63,231 nt of DNA, from NCBI GenBank assembly GCA_013239625.1, contig MU054212.1, positions 7,663,039 through 7,726,269 on the forward strand, written 5' to 3'. The notes under the pieces were generated by a model. That model saw nothing but the letters and a program-made list of their open reading frames with translations. It ran no database searches and had not been told where the DNA came from. Position numbers and translations under genes: made by a program. Of this stretch, positions 63,135 to 63,231 are shown one piece after another. The stretch is from Lama guanicoe. Lineage: Eukaryota. Numbering within the stretch: the stretch's first letter is position 1; each line of letters opens with the position of its first letter.

Positions 63135-63231
63135 ACTAGTATTATCCCCATTTTACAGATGAGGAAACTGAGGTAGAAAATGGATAAAGAACTTGCACTA
63201 GGATACACAGCTAGAAAGTATGGGGCTCAGC
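63135..63231 (-). mobile_element. MIR SINE (runs off the window end)
   Basis: tattatccccattttacagatgaggaaactgagg...acttgcactaggatacacagctagaaagt. Confidence 0.9.

Noticed and set aside
1..63231. A named cellular gene, and the remaining 60-150 aa ORFs
   Set aside because: None matches a protein I recognise, many use non-ATG starts or overlap repeats, and their lengths fit chance in mammalian DNA.

Overview
Mammalian, repeat-dense, non-coding genomic DNA. It is most likely camelid (alpaca/camel), judged from four copies of a tRNA-derived SINE that I recall as camelid-specific. No cellular protein-coding gene, rRNA, genuine tRNA or CRISPR array is recognisable. Main content: (i) a decayed ERV-L provirus on the minus strand (3' LTR, dUTPase, integrase, RT and protease remnants; ~262-3497) next to an apparently inverted gag-like piece; (ii) a young, 5'-truncated LINE-1 (25570-28571) with an uninterrupted 838-aa ORF2 (RT and CCHC present, no endonuclease) and what looks like a ~104-bp 3' transduction with its own AATAAA, a second poly(A) and a TSD; (iii) an old L1MA-type element (~51790-56635) with large internal deletions and three nested younger insertions; (iv) many L1 3' ends, L2, MIR, MaLR/ERV LTRs, hAT DNA-transposon relics and microsatellites. 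Several good splice-site pairs and a plus-strand bias of L1s hint at a minus-strand spliced, probably non-coding, host transcript. I found no convincing novel biological system. The best leads are the L1 transduction, the rearranged ERV-L with a long antisense ORF, a hairpin plus 73-bp duplication inside an L1, and the candidate exons. Repeat family names come from recall of consensus sequences, not from a search, and most boundaries are approximate.
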